Source: a virus
Lineage: Duplodnaviria > Heunggongvirae > Uroviricota > Caudoviricetes
DNA: 23,446 bases
Reading direction: 5' to 3' (one strand)
Virus record (IMG/VR): IMGVR_UViG_2698536392_000022
Location: 1 to 23,446 of that record
Shown here: piece after piece, positions 9,536-18,558 of the stretch
Layout: each line of letters begins with the position of its first letter
How positions within the stretch are numbered: position 1 is the stretch's first letter
Translations under genes and position numbers: made by a program
Notes under the pieces: model-generated
The model's database searches: none
Told to the model about the DNA's origin: nothing
The model's input: the letters and a program-made list of their open reading frames with translations, nothing else

Positions 9536-9680
9536 CCCGCAGACGAACGGCGATTTAAGTGCCGATATCCGGCAGCTTGAGAACGCGCTGGCGCGCTGTG
9601 CCAGCCAGGTAAAAATGATTAAACACTGTCAGGACGAAAACGATGCTCAAACCCGACAGCCTGCGCAGGGCGCTGACTGA
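9390..9680 (+). CDS. lysC: LysC-like (Rz1-type outer-membrane lipoprotein spanin), 96 aa, embedded out of frame in lysB and overlapping R
   Basis: ATG at 9390 in the +1 frame of lysB. Product begins MKTKIFAAGTALTCLMLCAGC, a signal peptide plus lipobox (LCAGC), and is Pro-rich. Confidence 0.75.
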   Translation: MKTKIFAAGTALTCLMLCAGCTSAPPAQTPVIVANACPKVSLCPMPGSDPQTNGDLSADIRQLENALARCASQVKMIKHCQDENDAQTRQPAQGAD

Positions 9681-10110
9681 TGCCGTCACGGTGCTGAAAA
9701 CTAACCCCGATATGCTGCGGATATTCGTGGATAACGGGAGTATTGCCTCCACGCTGGCGACGTCGTTGTCATTCGAAAAGCGTTACACGCTCAATGTGAT
9801 TGTGACCGACTTTACCGGTGATTTTGACCTGCTCATCGTGCCGGTGCTGGCGTGGCTGCGGGAAAATCAGCCCGACATCATGACTACCGACGCAGGCCAG
9901 AAAAAGGGCTTCACGTTTTATGCAGACATCAACAATGACAGCAGCTTTGATATCAGCATCAGCCTGATGCTGACCGAGCGCACGCTGGTCAGTGAGGTTG
10001 ACGGCGCACTGCATGTGAAGAATATCCCGGAACCCCCGCCGCCGGAGCCGGTCAACCGCCCGATGGAGCTTTATATCAATGGCGAACTGGTGAGCAAGTG
10101 GGATGAATGA
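9643..10110 (+). CDS. R: Tail completion protein (P2 gpR-like), 155 aa
   Basis: 155 aa as in P2 gpR. AGGA Shine-Dalgarno. Gene order. Confidence 0.9.
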   Translation: MLKPDSLRRALTDAVTVLKTNPDMLRIFVDNGSIASTLATSLSFEKRYTLNVIVTDFTGDFDLLIVPVLAWLRENQPDIMTTDAGQKKGFTFYADINNDSSFDISISLMLTERTLVSEVDGALHVKNIPEPPPPEPVNRPMELYINGELVSKWDE

Positions 10111-10555
10111 GTTTAAGCGTTTTGAAGACCGGCTGACCGGATTGACTGAATCGCTGTCACCGTCAGGGCGTCGGCGACTGAGTGCCGAACTGGCGAAGCG
10201 CCTGCGGCAGAGTCAGCAGCGTCGGGTGATGACACAGAAAGCCCCGGACGGCAAACCCTACGCGCCACGCCAGCAGCAGAGCGCCAGAAAAAAGACTGGT
10301 CGTGTTAAGCGAAAAATGTTTGCGAAACTTATCACCAGTCGTTTTTTGCATATCCGCGCCAGCCCGGAACAGGCATCAATGGAGTTTTACGGCGGGAAGT
10401 CACCGAAAATCGCCAGTGTGCATCAGTTCGGTCTGTCGGAAGAAACCCGGAAAGACGGTAAGAAAATTGATTATCCGGCGCGTCCTCTGCTCGGCTTTAC
10501 CGGTGAGGATGTGCAGATGATTGAAGAGATTATCCTGGCTCACCTTGAGCGTTAG
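10103..10555 (+). CDS. S: Tail completion protein (P2 gpS-like), 150 aa
   Basis: 150 aa as in P2 gpS. Overlaps the R stop. Gene order. Confidence 0.9.
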   Translation: MNEFKRFEDRLTGLTESLSPSGRRRLSAELAKRLRQSQQRRVMTQKAPDGKPYAPRQQQSARKKTGRVKRKMFAKLITSRFLHIRASPEQASMEFYGGKSPKIASVHQFGLSEETRKDGKKIDYPARPLLGFTGEDVQMIEEIILAHLER

Positions 10556-10585
10556 TTTTATCCAGGCAGAGGCTGATGCGCAATT

Positions 10586-10620
10586 AAACATTGAGCGGCT
10601 GTGCTGGTCGCTCAATGTTT
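10586..10620. terminator. Putative bidirectional intrinsic terminator between convergent S and orf30-like genes
   Basis: Perfect 12-bp inverted repeat aaacattgagcg / cgctcaatgttt (10586..10597 and 10609..10620) with an 11-nt loop. The A/T ends of the arms give a U-tract in both directions. Confidence 0.5.
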
Positions 10621-10626
10621 AGAGGA

Positions 10627-11412
10627 TTATGAGTGGTTTTTATTTGATGATTTGTATTCTACAACTTTTTTATTGGCGTAAAGGAATTTTGTATATGACA
10701 GAAGTATAACCAGACCTGAAGTGAAATAGACGAGGGATATTATTAATAATGTTTTTCTGTGGCTGTTATTATCTTTAATCTCCTGACTTAACCATTCGGA
10801 GTCCTCCTCGTTTAGCTGTAAGAGCTTATTGCAGGCGATTGCAGGAAGTGTGTCTGTTACAAAAGTGTTCTGCAGTCTCTTGCAATCGGCAATGCTAAAA
10901 GCTTTATAGAACTTATCTGTTTTATTGTCGGAGAACAAAAGAACCTTGTCATTATAAACATGGTACATCATATTTTTATATGGTATGGCTATGGCATCCT
11001 CTACTATGGCAGATTGCTCGTTGTGTATGCAACATGCGAAGGTAATATAAAGAATTCCGGCCAGGACTGCACTCATTGTTTTTGTGATGCATGGCGGTTC
11101 TGTTATGTCTCCCCAGAAGCGAGTAAGGAAAAAATCCGATGTTTTTAGTTTTCCATCAATCAACCCCTGCTGTATCATTTTCACATCTTTGATGCCTGAT
11201 ACATTGATTCCGTTAATTATTTTAAATAGTTGAATGTCGCGCCACTCGCGGTCCAGTCTTTTTAATTTTTTATCTGAATATCCAAATTTGAAATAATGTG
11301 CAATAAGCCTCATAAGGTTACTTTTACCAAAGCTAAAAAATGCTAATACTACAAAGACCAAAAGATACAAGACGATTAGCTCCCACACATTAGTCACATT
11401 ATAGCTGACCAT
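10627..11412 (-). CDS. Hypothetical membrane protein at the P2 orf30 position, 261 aa from the ATG start, antisense to the late operons
   Basis: ATG at 11412..11410 with a strong AAGGAG Shine-Dalgarno 6 nt upstream on the minus strand. The longer ORF-track form starts at a TTG. AT-rich. Hydrophobic segments near both termini. Confidence 0.7.
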   Translation of the reverse strand: MVSYNVTNVWELIVLYLLVFVVLAFFSFGKSNLMRLIAHYFKFGYSDKKLKRLDREWRDIQLFKIINGINVSGIKDVKMIQQGLIDGKLKTSDFFLTRFWGDITEPPCITKTMSAVLAGILYITFACCIHNEQSAIVEDAIAIPYKNMMYHVYNDKVLLFSDNKTDKFYKAFSIADCKRLQNTFVTDTLPAIACNKLLQLNEEDSEWLSQEIKDNNSHRKTLLIISLVYFTSGLVILLSYTKFLYANKKVVEYKSSNKNHS

Positions 11413-11495
11413 TACGCTCTCCTTGAATGTTGTCTGGTGGTTCTGCAAATGAATCCAGATAGCATAACTTTTATATATTGTGCAATCTCACATGC

Positions 11496-12131
11496 ATGAA
11501 CACTCTCGCAAATATTCAGGAACTCGCGCGCGCACTGCGCAACATGATTCGCACCGGCATTATCGTCGAAACCGACCTTAACGCCGGTCGCTGCCGCGTG
11601 CAGACCGGCGGCATGTGCACCGACTGGCTTCAGTGGCTGACCCATCGCGCAGGACGTTCGCGCACATGGTGGGCACCTTCCGTGGGGGAACAGGTGCTGA
11701 TTCTGGCCGTGGGTGGTGAACTTGACACGGCGTTCGTTCTGCCGGGGATTTATTCCGGCGATAACCCCGCGCCGTCTGCGTCGGCGGATGCCCTGCATAT
11801 CCGTTTCCCTGACGGGGCGGTGATTGAGTATGAACCCGAAACCAGTGCACTCACGGTAAGCGGAATTAAAACGGCCAGCGTGACGGCTTCTGATTCTGTT
11901 ACTGCCACTGTGCCGGTGGTCATGGTGAAAGCGTCAACCCGCATCACCCTGGACACACCGGAGGTGGTCTGCACCAACAGGCTGATTACCGGCACGCTGG
12001 AAGTACAGAAGGGCGGGACGATGCGTGGCAACATTGAACACACCGGCGGTGAACTCTCATCAAACGGGAAGGTACTGCATACCCATAAACACCCCGGCGA
12101 CAGCGGCGGCACAACCGGGAGTCCTCTATGA
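11496..12131 (+). CDS. V: Baseplate spike/assembly protein (P2 gpV-like), 211 aa
   Basis: ATG at 11496 (MNTLANIQELARALRNM...) matches the P2 gpV N-terminus and length. The ORF-track start is an upstream TTG. Confidence 0.9.
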   Translation: MNTLANIQELARALRNMIRTGIIVETDLNAGRCRVQTGGMCTDWLQWLTHRAGRSRTWWAPSVGEQVLILAVGGELDTAFVLPGIYSGDNPAPSASADALHIRFPDGAVIEYEPETSALTVSGIKTASVTASDSVTATVPVVMVKASTRITLDTPEVVCTNRLITGTLEVQKGGTMRGNIEHTGGELSSNGKVLHTHKHPGDSGGTTGSPL

Positions 12132-12475
12132 CAGCGCGTTATCTCGGAATGAATCGCAGTGATGGCCTGACTGTCACTGACCTTGAACATATCAGCCTGA
12201 GTATCGGCGATATCCTGCGCACACCTGTCAGCTCACGGGTGATGCGTCGTGATTACGGCTCGTTGCTGGCGTCAATGATTGACCAGCCGCAGACTCCGGC
12301 GCTTGAGTTGCAGATTAAGGTCGCCTGTTACATGGCAGTGCTGAAATGGGAACCCCGCGTCACCCTGTCATCCGTCACCACTGAGCGCAGTTTTGACGGG
12401 CGAATGACGGTCACGTTAACCGGCCAGCACAACGACACCGGCCAGCCACTTTCGTTAACCATCCCTGTGAGTTGA
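12128..12475 (+). CDS. W: Baseplate protein (P2 gpW-like), 115 aa
   Basis: 115 aa as in P2 gpW. Start overlaps the V stop (ATGA). Confidence 0.9.
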   Translation: MTARYLGMNRSDGLTVTDLEHISLSIGDILRTPVSSRVMRRDYGSLLASMIDQPQTPALELQIKVACYMAVLKWEPRVTLSSVTTERSFDGRMTVTLTGQHNDTGQPLSLTIPVS

Positions 12476-12479
12476 AACC

Positions 12480-13388
12480 ATGCCGATTATCGACCTGAAC
12501 CAGCTACCCGCACCGGATGTGGTCGAGGAGCTGGACTTTGAAACCATTCTTGCCGAACGCAAGGCGACACGGATTTCCCTTTACCCGGAAGACCAGCAGG
12601 AGGCGGTCGCCCGTACCCTGACACTGGAATCTGAGCCTCTCGTCAAACTGCTGGAGGAAAATGCTTATCGTGAGCTTATCTGGCGTCAGCGTGTGAATGA
12701 GGCTGCGCGGGCGGTGATGCTGGCCTGTGCCGCCGGTAATGACCTTGATGTGATTGGTGCCAATTACAACACCACGCGCCTGACTATCACCCCGGCAGAT
12801 GATTCGACCATTCCGCCGACACCGGCAGTGATGGAATCTGACACCGATTATCGTCTGCGTATTCAGCAGGCTTTTGAGGGCTTAAGCGTCGCCGGGTCAG
12901 TGGGAGCCTATCAGTATCATGGTCGCAGTGCTGACGGGCGTGTCGCGGATATTTCTGTCACCAGTCCGTCTCCTGCCTGTGTCACCATCTCTGTGCTGTC
13001 ACGTGAAAATAACGGCGTCGCATCCGAAGACCTGCTGGCTGTGGTGCGTAACGCCCTTAATGGCGAGGACGTCAGGCCGGTGGCCGACCGCGTGACCGTG
13101 CAGTCTGCCGCCATCGTTGAATACCAGATAAACGCCACGCTTTACCTTTACCCTGGTCCCGAAAGCGAACCCATCCGCGCTGCCGCTGTGAAAAAGCTGG
13201 AAGCGTATATCACGGCACAGCACCGGCTGGGGCGCGACATCCGTCTGTCTGCCATTTATGCCGCTTTGCATGTGGAAGGTGTGCAGCGTGTCGAACTGGC
13301 TGCACCACTGGCCGACATCGTGCTCAACAGTACGCAGGCGTCTTTCTGTACCGAATACCGCGTCGTGACCGGAGGCTCGGATGAGTGA
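12480..13388 (+). CDS. J: Baseplate wedge protein (P2 gpJ-like), 302 aa
   Basis: 302 aa as in P2 gpJ. Gene order. Confidence 0.92.
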   Translation: MPIIDLNQLPAPDVVEELDFETILAERKATRISLYPEDQQEAVARTLTLESEPLVKLLEENAYRELIWRQRVNEAARAVMLACAAGNDLDVIGANYNTTRLTITPADDSTIPPTPAVMESDTDYRLRIQQAFEGLSVAGSVGAYQYHGRSADGRVADISVTSPSPACVTISVLSRENNGVASEDLLAVVRNALNGEDVRPVADRVTVQSAAIVEYQINATLYLYPGPESEPIRAAAVKKLEAYITAQHRLGRDIRLSAIYAALHVEGVQRVELAAPLADIVLNSTQASFCTEYRVVTGGSDE

Positions 13389-13911
13389 TTCGCGACTGCT
13401 GCCGACCGGCTCATCACCGCTTGAAGTTGCTGCCGCAAAAGCCTGTGCGGAAATTGAAAAAACGCCGGTCAGGATTCGTGAACTGTGGAACCCGAATACC
13501 TGTCCGGCAAATCTGCTGCCGTGGCTGGCGTGGGCGTTTTCGGTCGACAGGTGGGATGAAAAGTGGCCGGAAGCGACAAAACGCGCCGTTATCCGCGATG
13601 CCTATTTCATCCACTGTCATAAGGGCACTATAGGTGCAATCCGGCGTGTGGTGGAGCCGCTCGGCTATCTCATCAACGTGACGGAGTGGTGGGAAAACAG
13701 TGACCCGCCCGGCACCTTCCGGCTTGATATTGGTGTACTGGAAAGCGGTATCACAGAGGCAATGTATCAGGAAATGGAACGGCAGATTGCTGATGCCAAA
13801 CCTGCAAGCCGCCACCTTATTGGCCTGAACATTACCCGGGACATTCCCGGCTACCTGTTCGCCGGTGGTGTGGCTTATGACGGCGATGTAATTACGGTTT
13901 ACCCCGGATAA
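13381..13911 (+). CDS. I: Baseplate protein (P2 gpI-like), 176 aa
   Basis: 176 aa as in P2 gpI. Overlaps the J stop. Confidence 0.9.
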   Translation: MSDSRLLPTGSSPLEVAAAKACAEIEKTPVRIRELWNPNTCPANLLPWLAWAFSVDRWDEKWPEATKRAVIRDAYFIHCHKGTIGAIRRVVEPLGYLINVTEWWENSDPPGTFRLDIGVLESGITEAMYQEMERQIADAKPASRHLIGLNITRDIPGYLFAGGVAYDGDVITVYPG

Positions 13912-13921
13912 GTGAGGAATA

Positions 13922-16240
13922 ATGAGCACAAAATTCAGAACCGTTATCACCACTGCCGGTGCAGCAAAGCTGGCAGCGGCAACCGCACCGGGAGGGCGGA
14001 AGGTCAACATTACCACGATGGCCGTCGGGGATGGCGGTGGTAAATTGCCTGTCCCGGATGCCGGACAGACCGGGCTTATCCACGAAGTCTGGCGACATGC
14101 GCTGAACAAAATCAGTCAGGACAAACGAAACAGTAATTATATTATCGCAGAGCTGGTTATTCCGCCGGAGGTGGGCGGTTTCTGGATGCGTGAGCTTGGC
14201 CTGTACGATGATGCGGGAACGTTAATTGCCGTGGCGAACATGGCCGAAAGTTATAAGCCAGCTCTTGCCGAAGGCTCAGGGCGTTCGCAGACCTGCCGCA
14301 TGGTCATCATCGTCAGCAGTGTGGCCTCAGTGGATCTGACCATTGACACTACAACGGTGATGGCAACGCAGGATTACGTTGATGACAAAATTGCAGAGCA
14401 CGAACAGTCACGACGTCACCCGGACGCCTCGCTGACCGCAAAAGGTTTTACTCAGTTAAGCAGTGCGACCAACAGCACGTCTGAAACACTGGCCGCAACG
14501 CCGAAAGCGGTAAAGGCCGCCTATGACCTTGCTAACGGGAAATATACTGCGCAGGATGCCACCACGGCGCGAAAAGGCCTTGTTCAGCTCAGTAGTGTGA
14601 CCAACAGCACGTCTGAAACGCTCGCCGCAACGCCGAAAGCGGTAAAGGCAGCATATGACCTTGCTAACGGGAAATACACTGCACAGGACGCCACCACCGC
14701 GCGAAAAGGCCTTGTTCAGCTCAGTAGCGCCACCAACAGCGATTCTGAAACGCTTGCGGCAACACCAAAGGCGGTTAAGACAGCGTATGACCTTGCTAAC
14801 GGGAAATACACTGCACAGGATGCCACCACTGCGCGAAAAGGTCTTGTCCAGCTCAGTAGCGCCACCAACAGTGATTCTGAAACCCTCGCGGCAACGCCAA
14901 AAGCAGTGAAGTCTGCCTATGACAATGCTGAAAAACGTCTTCAGAAAGATCAGAACGGTGCGGATATTCCGGGAAAGGATACCTTTACGAAAAATATCGG
15001 TGCCTGTCGTGCTTATAGCGGCGCTTTGAGCACTGAAGCCGGAAACTGGACAACCGCTCAGTTTATTGAATGGCTGGATTCCCGTGGTGCATTTAATCAT
15101 CCGTACTGGATGTGCAAAGGCTCCTGGTCATATGCAAATAACAAAATCATTACGGATACCGGATGTGGTGATATCCACCTGGCTGGTTGTGTAGTCGAGG
15201 TCATGGGAACTAAATCTGCAATCACTATCCGAGTGACCACGCCGACAACATCAAGCGGTGGCGGTACAACCAGCGCACAATTCACTTACATTAATCATGG
15301 GGACGGCTACTCCCCCGGCTGGCGTCGTGACTGGAATCGTCAGGGCGACTCAATGACCGGAACGATTAATCAGGATGGCGGAAGCCAGAATGCCTATATG
15401 TCTACGGCCTTATGTTCAGGCACCAGAGGCGGCAAAAAATATCTCAGAAAGTTTCGTGGTGGAGAAGGAGATACTATCTGGCATGAAACAGTTCAGGGCG
15501 GGGTAGTTCGCTGGGCGACTGGTAATACTGATACTCAGGAAGAATTATCACTCAGCTCCGCTTATGGTCTCCGTTCAAGAGGTGAGATTACATCACTCAG
15601 TGCTAATGGTCTGCGCATCGCTTATGGCAATTATGGATTCTTTATCAGGAATGATGGCGGCAGCACATATTTAATGCTGACGGCCTCTGGCGATAAATTT
15701 GGGACATGGAACGGCTTAAGACCGCTGACTATCAATAACGCCAATGGCGGAGTGTCAATGGGGCATGGCCTGAGTGTTACAGGTGATATTGTCTCAAGTA
15801 CCAAAGTACGTGCCGGTAGCGGGAAAAAGTTCACGGTCAGCAGCAGCAATACATCCACGAAGGAAGCCGCATTCAATTTGTGGGGAAACTCAAGTCGTCC
15901 TGTGGTGGCTGAATTAGGTGATGATGCAGGCTGGCATTTTTACAGTCAGAGAAATACAGATAACAGCATCACTTTTGCTGTTAACGGGCAGGTATCACCA
16001 TCTAATTATAGTAATTTTGATTCACGCTATGTCCGGGATATCCGGCTTGGTGGTGCTGCCACATACAAACCTGCGAACAATGGCATGACATGGACACATC
16101 AGGCACCGTCCGGGTGTGTATATTCCGGCATTATTGTTCAGGATACCGGCTCAAACTCTGCCGATAACATTGGTGGCGTATATTACAGACCGGTTCAGAA
16201 ATACATTAACGGGACATGGTACAACGTGGCGCAGGTATAA
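13922..16240 (+). CDS. H: Tail fibre protein (P2 gpH-like), 772 aa, with internal tandem repeats
   Basis: N-terminus MSTKFRTVITTAGAAKLAAATAPG... is gpH-like and the C-terminal end ...YINGTWYNVAQV is fibre-like. Longer than P2 gpH (669 aa as I recall) because of extra 44-aa repeats. Confidence 0.92.
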   Translation: MSTKFRTVITTAGAAKLAAATAPGGRKVNITTMAVGDGGGKLPVPDAGQTGLIHEVWRHALNKISQDKRNSNYIIAELVIPPEVGGFWMRELGLYDDAGTLIAVANMAESYKPALAEGSGRSQTCRMVIIVSSVASVDLTIDTTTVMATQDYVDDKIAEHEQSRRHPDASLTAKGFTQLSSATNSTSETLAATPKAVKAAYDLANGKYTAQDATTARKGLVQLSSVTNSTSETLAATPKAVKAAYDLANGKYTAQDATTARKGLVQLSSATNSDSETLAATPKAVKTAYDLANGKYTAQDATTARKGLVQLSSATNSDSETLAATPKAVKSAYDNAEKRLQKDQNGADIPGKDTFTKNIGACRAYSGALSTEAGNWTTAQFIEWLDSRGAFNHPYWMCKGSWSYANNKIITDTGCGDIHLAGCVVEVMGTKSAITIRVTTPTTSSGGGTTSAQFTYINHGDGYSPGWRRDWNRQGDSMTGTINQDGGSQNAYMSTALCSGTRGGKKYLRKFRGGEGDTIWHETVQGGVVRWATGNTDTQEELSLSSAYGLRSRGEITSLSANGLRIAYGNYGFFIRNDGGSTYLMLTASGDKFGTWNGLRPLTINNANGGVSMGHGLSVTGDIVSSTKVRAGSGKKFTVSSSNTSTKEAAFNLWGNSSRPVVAELGDDAGWHFYSQRNTDNSITFAVNGQVSPSNYSNFDSRYVRDIRLGGAATYKPANNGMTWTHQAPSGCVYSGIIVQDTGSNSADNIGGVYYRPVQKYINGTWYNVAQV
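14441..14925 (+). repeat. In-frame tandem repeat in H, period 132 bp (44 aa), about 3.7 copies
   Basis: Units start at 14441, 14573, 14705 and 14837 and encode KG(F/L)(T/V)QLSS(A/V)TNS(T/D)SETLAATPKAVKxAYDLANGKYTAQDATTAR. Copies differ at a few mostly synonymous or conservative positions. Confidence 0.88.
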
Positions 16241-16243
16241 TTT

Positions 16244-16771
16244 ATGCAGCATTTGATAAATATAACGGTGGGTAATCCAAAAACAGTTGAACAATATCAA
16301 TTGACAAAGGACTTTGATGTCGTCTGGTTTTTTACAGAAGATGGTAAGAACTGGTACGAAGAACAAAAGTATTTTGCTGATGACACGATAAAAATAGCGT
16401 ACGACAAAGATAATATCATCCGCTATGTGGAAAAGGATGTGACAGCTATCAGACCGGATGGATTAAGTGTTGTTGAAGTGGCGGATATTACTGCTAACCG
16501 ACGGGCGGACATTTCAGGGAACTGGATGTTTAAGGACGGCAAAGTGATTAAACGCATTTATACGGCAGAGGAATTACAGCAGCAGGCAGAAATTCGGAAA
16601 GCCAGACTTCTTGCAGATGCTGAATCCGTGATTTTGCCGCTGGAGCGCGCTGTCAGGTTGAACATGGCAACAGAGGAGGAGCGCACACGGCTGGAGGCTT
16701 GGGAACGCTACAGCGTTGTGGTCAGTCGTGTGGATCCTGCAAATCCTGAATGGCCGGAAATGCCGCAATAA
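16244..16771 (+). CDS. G: Tail fibre assembly chaperone (P2 gpG-like), 175 aa
   Basis: 175 aa immediately downstream of H. Length and position as P2 gpG. Confidence 0.88.
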   Translation: MQHLINITVGNPKTVEQYQLTKDFDVVWFFTEDGKNWYEEQKYFADDTIKIAYDKDNIIRYVEKDVTAIRPDGLSVVEVADITANRRADISGNWMFKDGKVIKRIYTAEELQQQAEIRKARLLADAESVILPLERAVRLNMATEEERTRLEAWERYSVVVSRVDPANPEWPEMPQ

Positions 16772-16957
16772 GTTGTATGAACTCTGGTGTGAGCTTACAT
16801 ATCTATGGCACAGAGTAAAGCCTAATCTGACAGTCCGCTCTGTGCCAGGAGCGGAAGTTGCCAAGAGAACTCTTGCAAAGGTATGATAACGTAGGTGCTA
16901 AATAATCATGAACCATAATAAATTAAAGGTTTTTAAGTTAACTCTATGGCGTTTCTT

Positions 16958-16986
16958 TTGCATGATGATTTTTTATTTATTATATA
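16958..16986 (+). promoter_or_regulatory. Candidate sigma-70 promoter for the Z/fun-locus cargo gene
   Basis: TTGCAT (16958..16963), a 17-nt spacer, then TATATA (16981..16986), inside an AT-rich leader about 65 nt upstream of the ATG at 17053. Confidence 0.35.
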
Positions 16987-17052
16987 AAGCTTAAATATAC
17001 ATAATATTTAGCTTCATTTTTTTAGGTATTTTAAAGATTTAGAGGAATGTGA

Positions 17053-18396
17053 ATGGCTACTTATGCTTCTTATTTACCAGAATCACAAATTATCACTTTG
17101 TGCAAGGATTTCCCAGCGTTTACTGATCCTGAAAAATTAGATGGATTCATTAATCCAGAACAGTTTGGCGTGTTTTTTCATGAGTGGATTCATTTTCTTC
17201 ACAATATTTCCACAATTAATGGGTTTTCTATTTTTTGCACGCAAAACATCCTGTGGTCTAATTTTCGCTGGGCAATGGACAATCAGGATGTATGTCTTGG
17301 TTCAAATGACATGGATCCAGCACATATCGAATCAAACAAAAATTTTCTCAGTTACATTCGTTCCAATAGGAGTCTGCATAAATGTAACTTACCTTATTAT
17401 GTAAAAGTAAACGACTTGTATTTTGAGGATGCAATAATCCATGACATGGAGGTTGCTGACGGTAGTGTTATATGTACATCATTAATAAAGTGTAGAATTT
17501 CTCATTCTGAAAACAAATACGATCTAGATTTAGGCGTGCTTGAAATACTTGAATCCGCAGCTTTTATGCTTGAATGTAAGTGTATTAATGCGATGAATGG
17601 CTTCCCTCAAGAGGCACCCTTTTATCCGTATCATACTATCAAAGGCTTAGCAGCGAAAATTGCTCCGTCATTAAATGATGAAGATATTATTTGTTGTATG
17701 TTAGCTTCTTTGCAATCTAATAACCCTCCCCAAGTATTATTCAATCTACTACATAAATGTGAATTATTACATTCTGATTGTAGGTATGAACATCTAGTGG
17801 CGGAGGTGAAAAAACAATTAAGCGAACAAGATCAAATAATAAGCGAGTCACTTAATCAAATAATTCAAATGATTCCTGTTGATGAACCGATGGGAAACTT
17901 TATCAAGCTTACTCTTAACAGAATAAGTAACAATTTGAACTATAGAAAGCAAAAACCGTTTTTTGAGTTAGATATAATAAAAAAAATAGCAGAAAAAACT
18001 GAGTTTATGAATGAAGTAATACAGAAATTCGGTGGTTGCACTATCATCCAGGTAAGACATGGAGATGATAATGAACCACAGCGTGATATTATGTATGACT
18101 TTTGCTTACCTGAAAATAATGATTCAATTTTATTTGGTTCGAAAATGCTACGCGCTTGTTTTCACTTTATATTTATTCACTTTAAACTTTCTGGTGAAAT
18201 CATGAAGACAGAAGAATTAAATATTTCGCCGCGTAATAAATGCCCATTTTATACTGTTTGCTGTGCATCAATTCGAGCTAATAATAGTAATATCTGCGCT
18301 GAATCCCCTTGGAAATCAATGTCTATTGATGACAACAAAGGTTGTTATTATGCAGCAGCGATTAAAGCTACTAACCCACCAGTTTTGCCGGATTAA
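17053..18396 (+). CDS. Hypothetical protein, 447 aa, cysteine-rich with HExxH motif, cargo gene at the Z/fun-equivalent position
   Basis: ATG at 17053 preceded by AGAGGA Shine-Dalgarno with a 6-nt spacer. About 33% GC. 20 Cys residues. HEWIH at residues 43..47 (nt 17179..17193) with a further His at residue 50. No signal peptide. Followed by an intrinsic terminator. Confidence 0.8.
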   Translation: MATYASYLPESQIITLCKDFPAFTDPEKLDGFINPEQFGVFFHEWIHFLHNISTINGFSIFCTQNILWSNFRWAMDNQDVCLGSNDMDPAHIESNKNFLSYIRSNRSLHKCNLPYYVKVNDLYFEDAIIHDMEVADGSVICTSLIKCRISHSENKYDLDLGVLEILESAAFMLECKCINAMNGFPQEAPFYPYHTIKGLAAKIAPSLNDEDIICCMLASLQSNNPPQVLFNLLHKCELLHSDCRYEHLVAEVKKQLSEQDQIISESLNQIIQMIPVDEPMGNFIKLTLNRISNNLNYRKQKPFFELDIIKKIAEKTEFMNEVIQKFGGCTIIQVRHGDDNEPQRDIMYDFCLPENNDSILFGSKMLRACFHFIFIHFKLSGEIMKTEELNISPRNKCPFYTVCCASIRANNSNICAESPWKSMSIDDNKGCYYAAAIKATNPPVLPD

Positions 18397-18531
18397 GAAT
18401 AGTGTTCTTTCTGATAAATATAAAATATTTAAGGTCAGGTCTGCTTATCGCTCAAAGCAGACTGTCAGATTTGATAACGTTTGGGCTATGTAAACCGTCA
18501 GTTGGAAAATGAGTGAGTGCAAGTCAGGACA

Positions 18532-18558
18532 GGCGGGCGGATTGCCCGCCTTTTCTTT
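18532..18558 (+). terminator. Rho-independent terminator downstream of the 447-aa cargo gene
   Basis: Stem ggcgggc / gcccgcc (18532..18538 and 18544..18550), 5-nt loop, then TTTTCTTT (18551..18558). Confidence 0.6.

Noticed and set aside
14456-15100. 214-aa minus-strand ORF with internally repeated sequence
   Set aside because: It is the antisense shadow of the tandem repeat inside tail fibre gene H, with no independent start signals.
16908-16994. 28-codon small ORF in the AT-rich leader upstream of the cargo gene
   Set aside because: No Shine-Dalgarno, and it overlaps the candidate promoter. Probably a chance ORF in AT-rich DNA.
18263-18493. 76-aa ORF overlapping the 3' end of the 447-aa cargo gene
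   Set aside because: Out-of-frame overlap with the main ORF, no ribosome-binding site, and it runs across the predicted terminator region.
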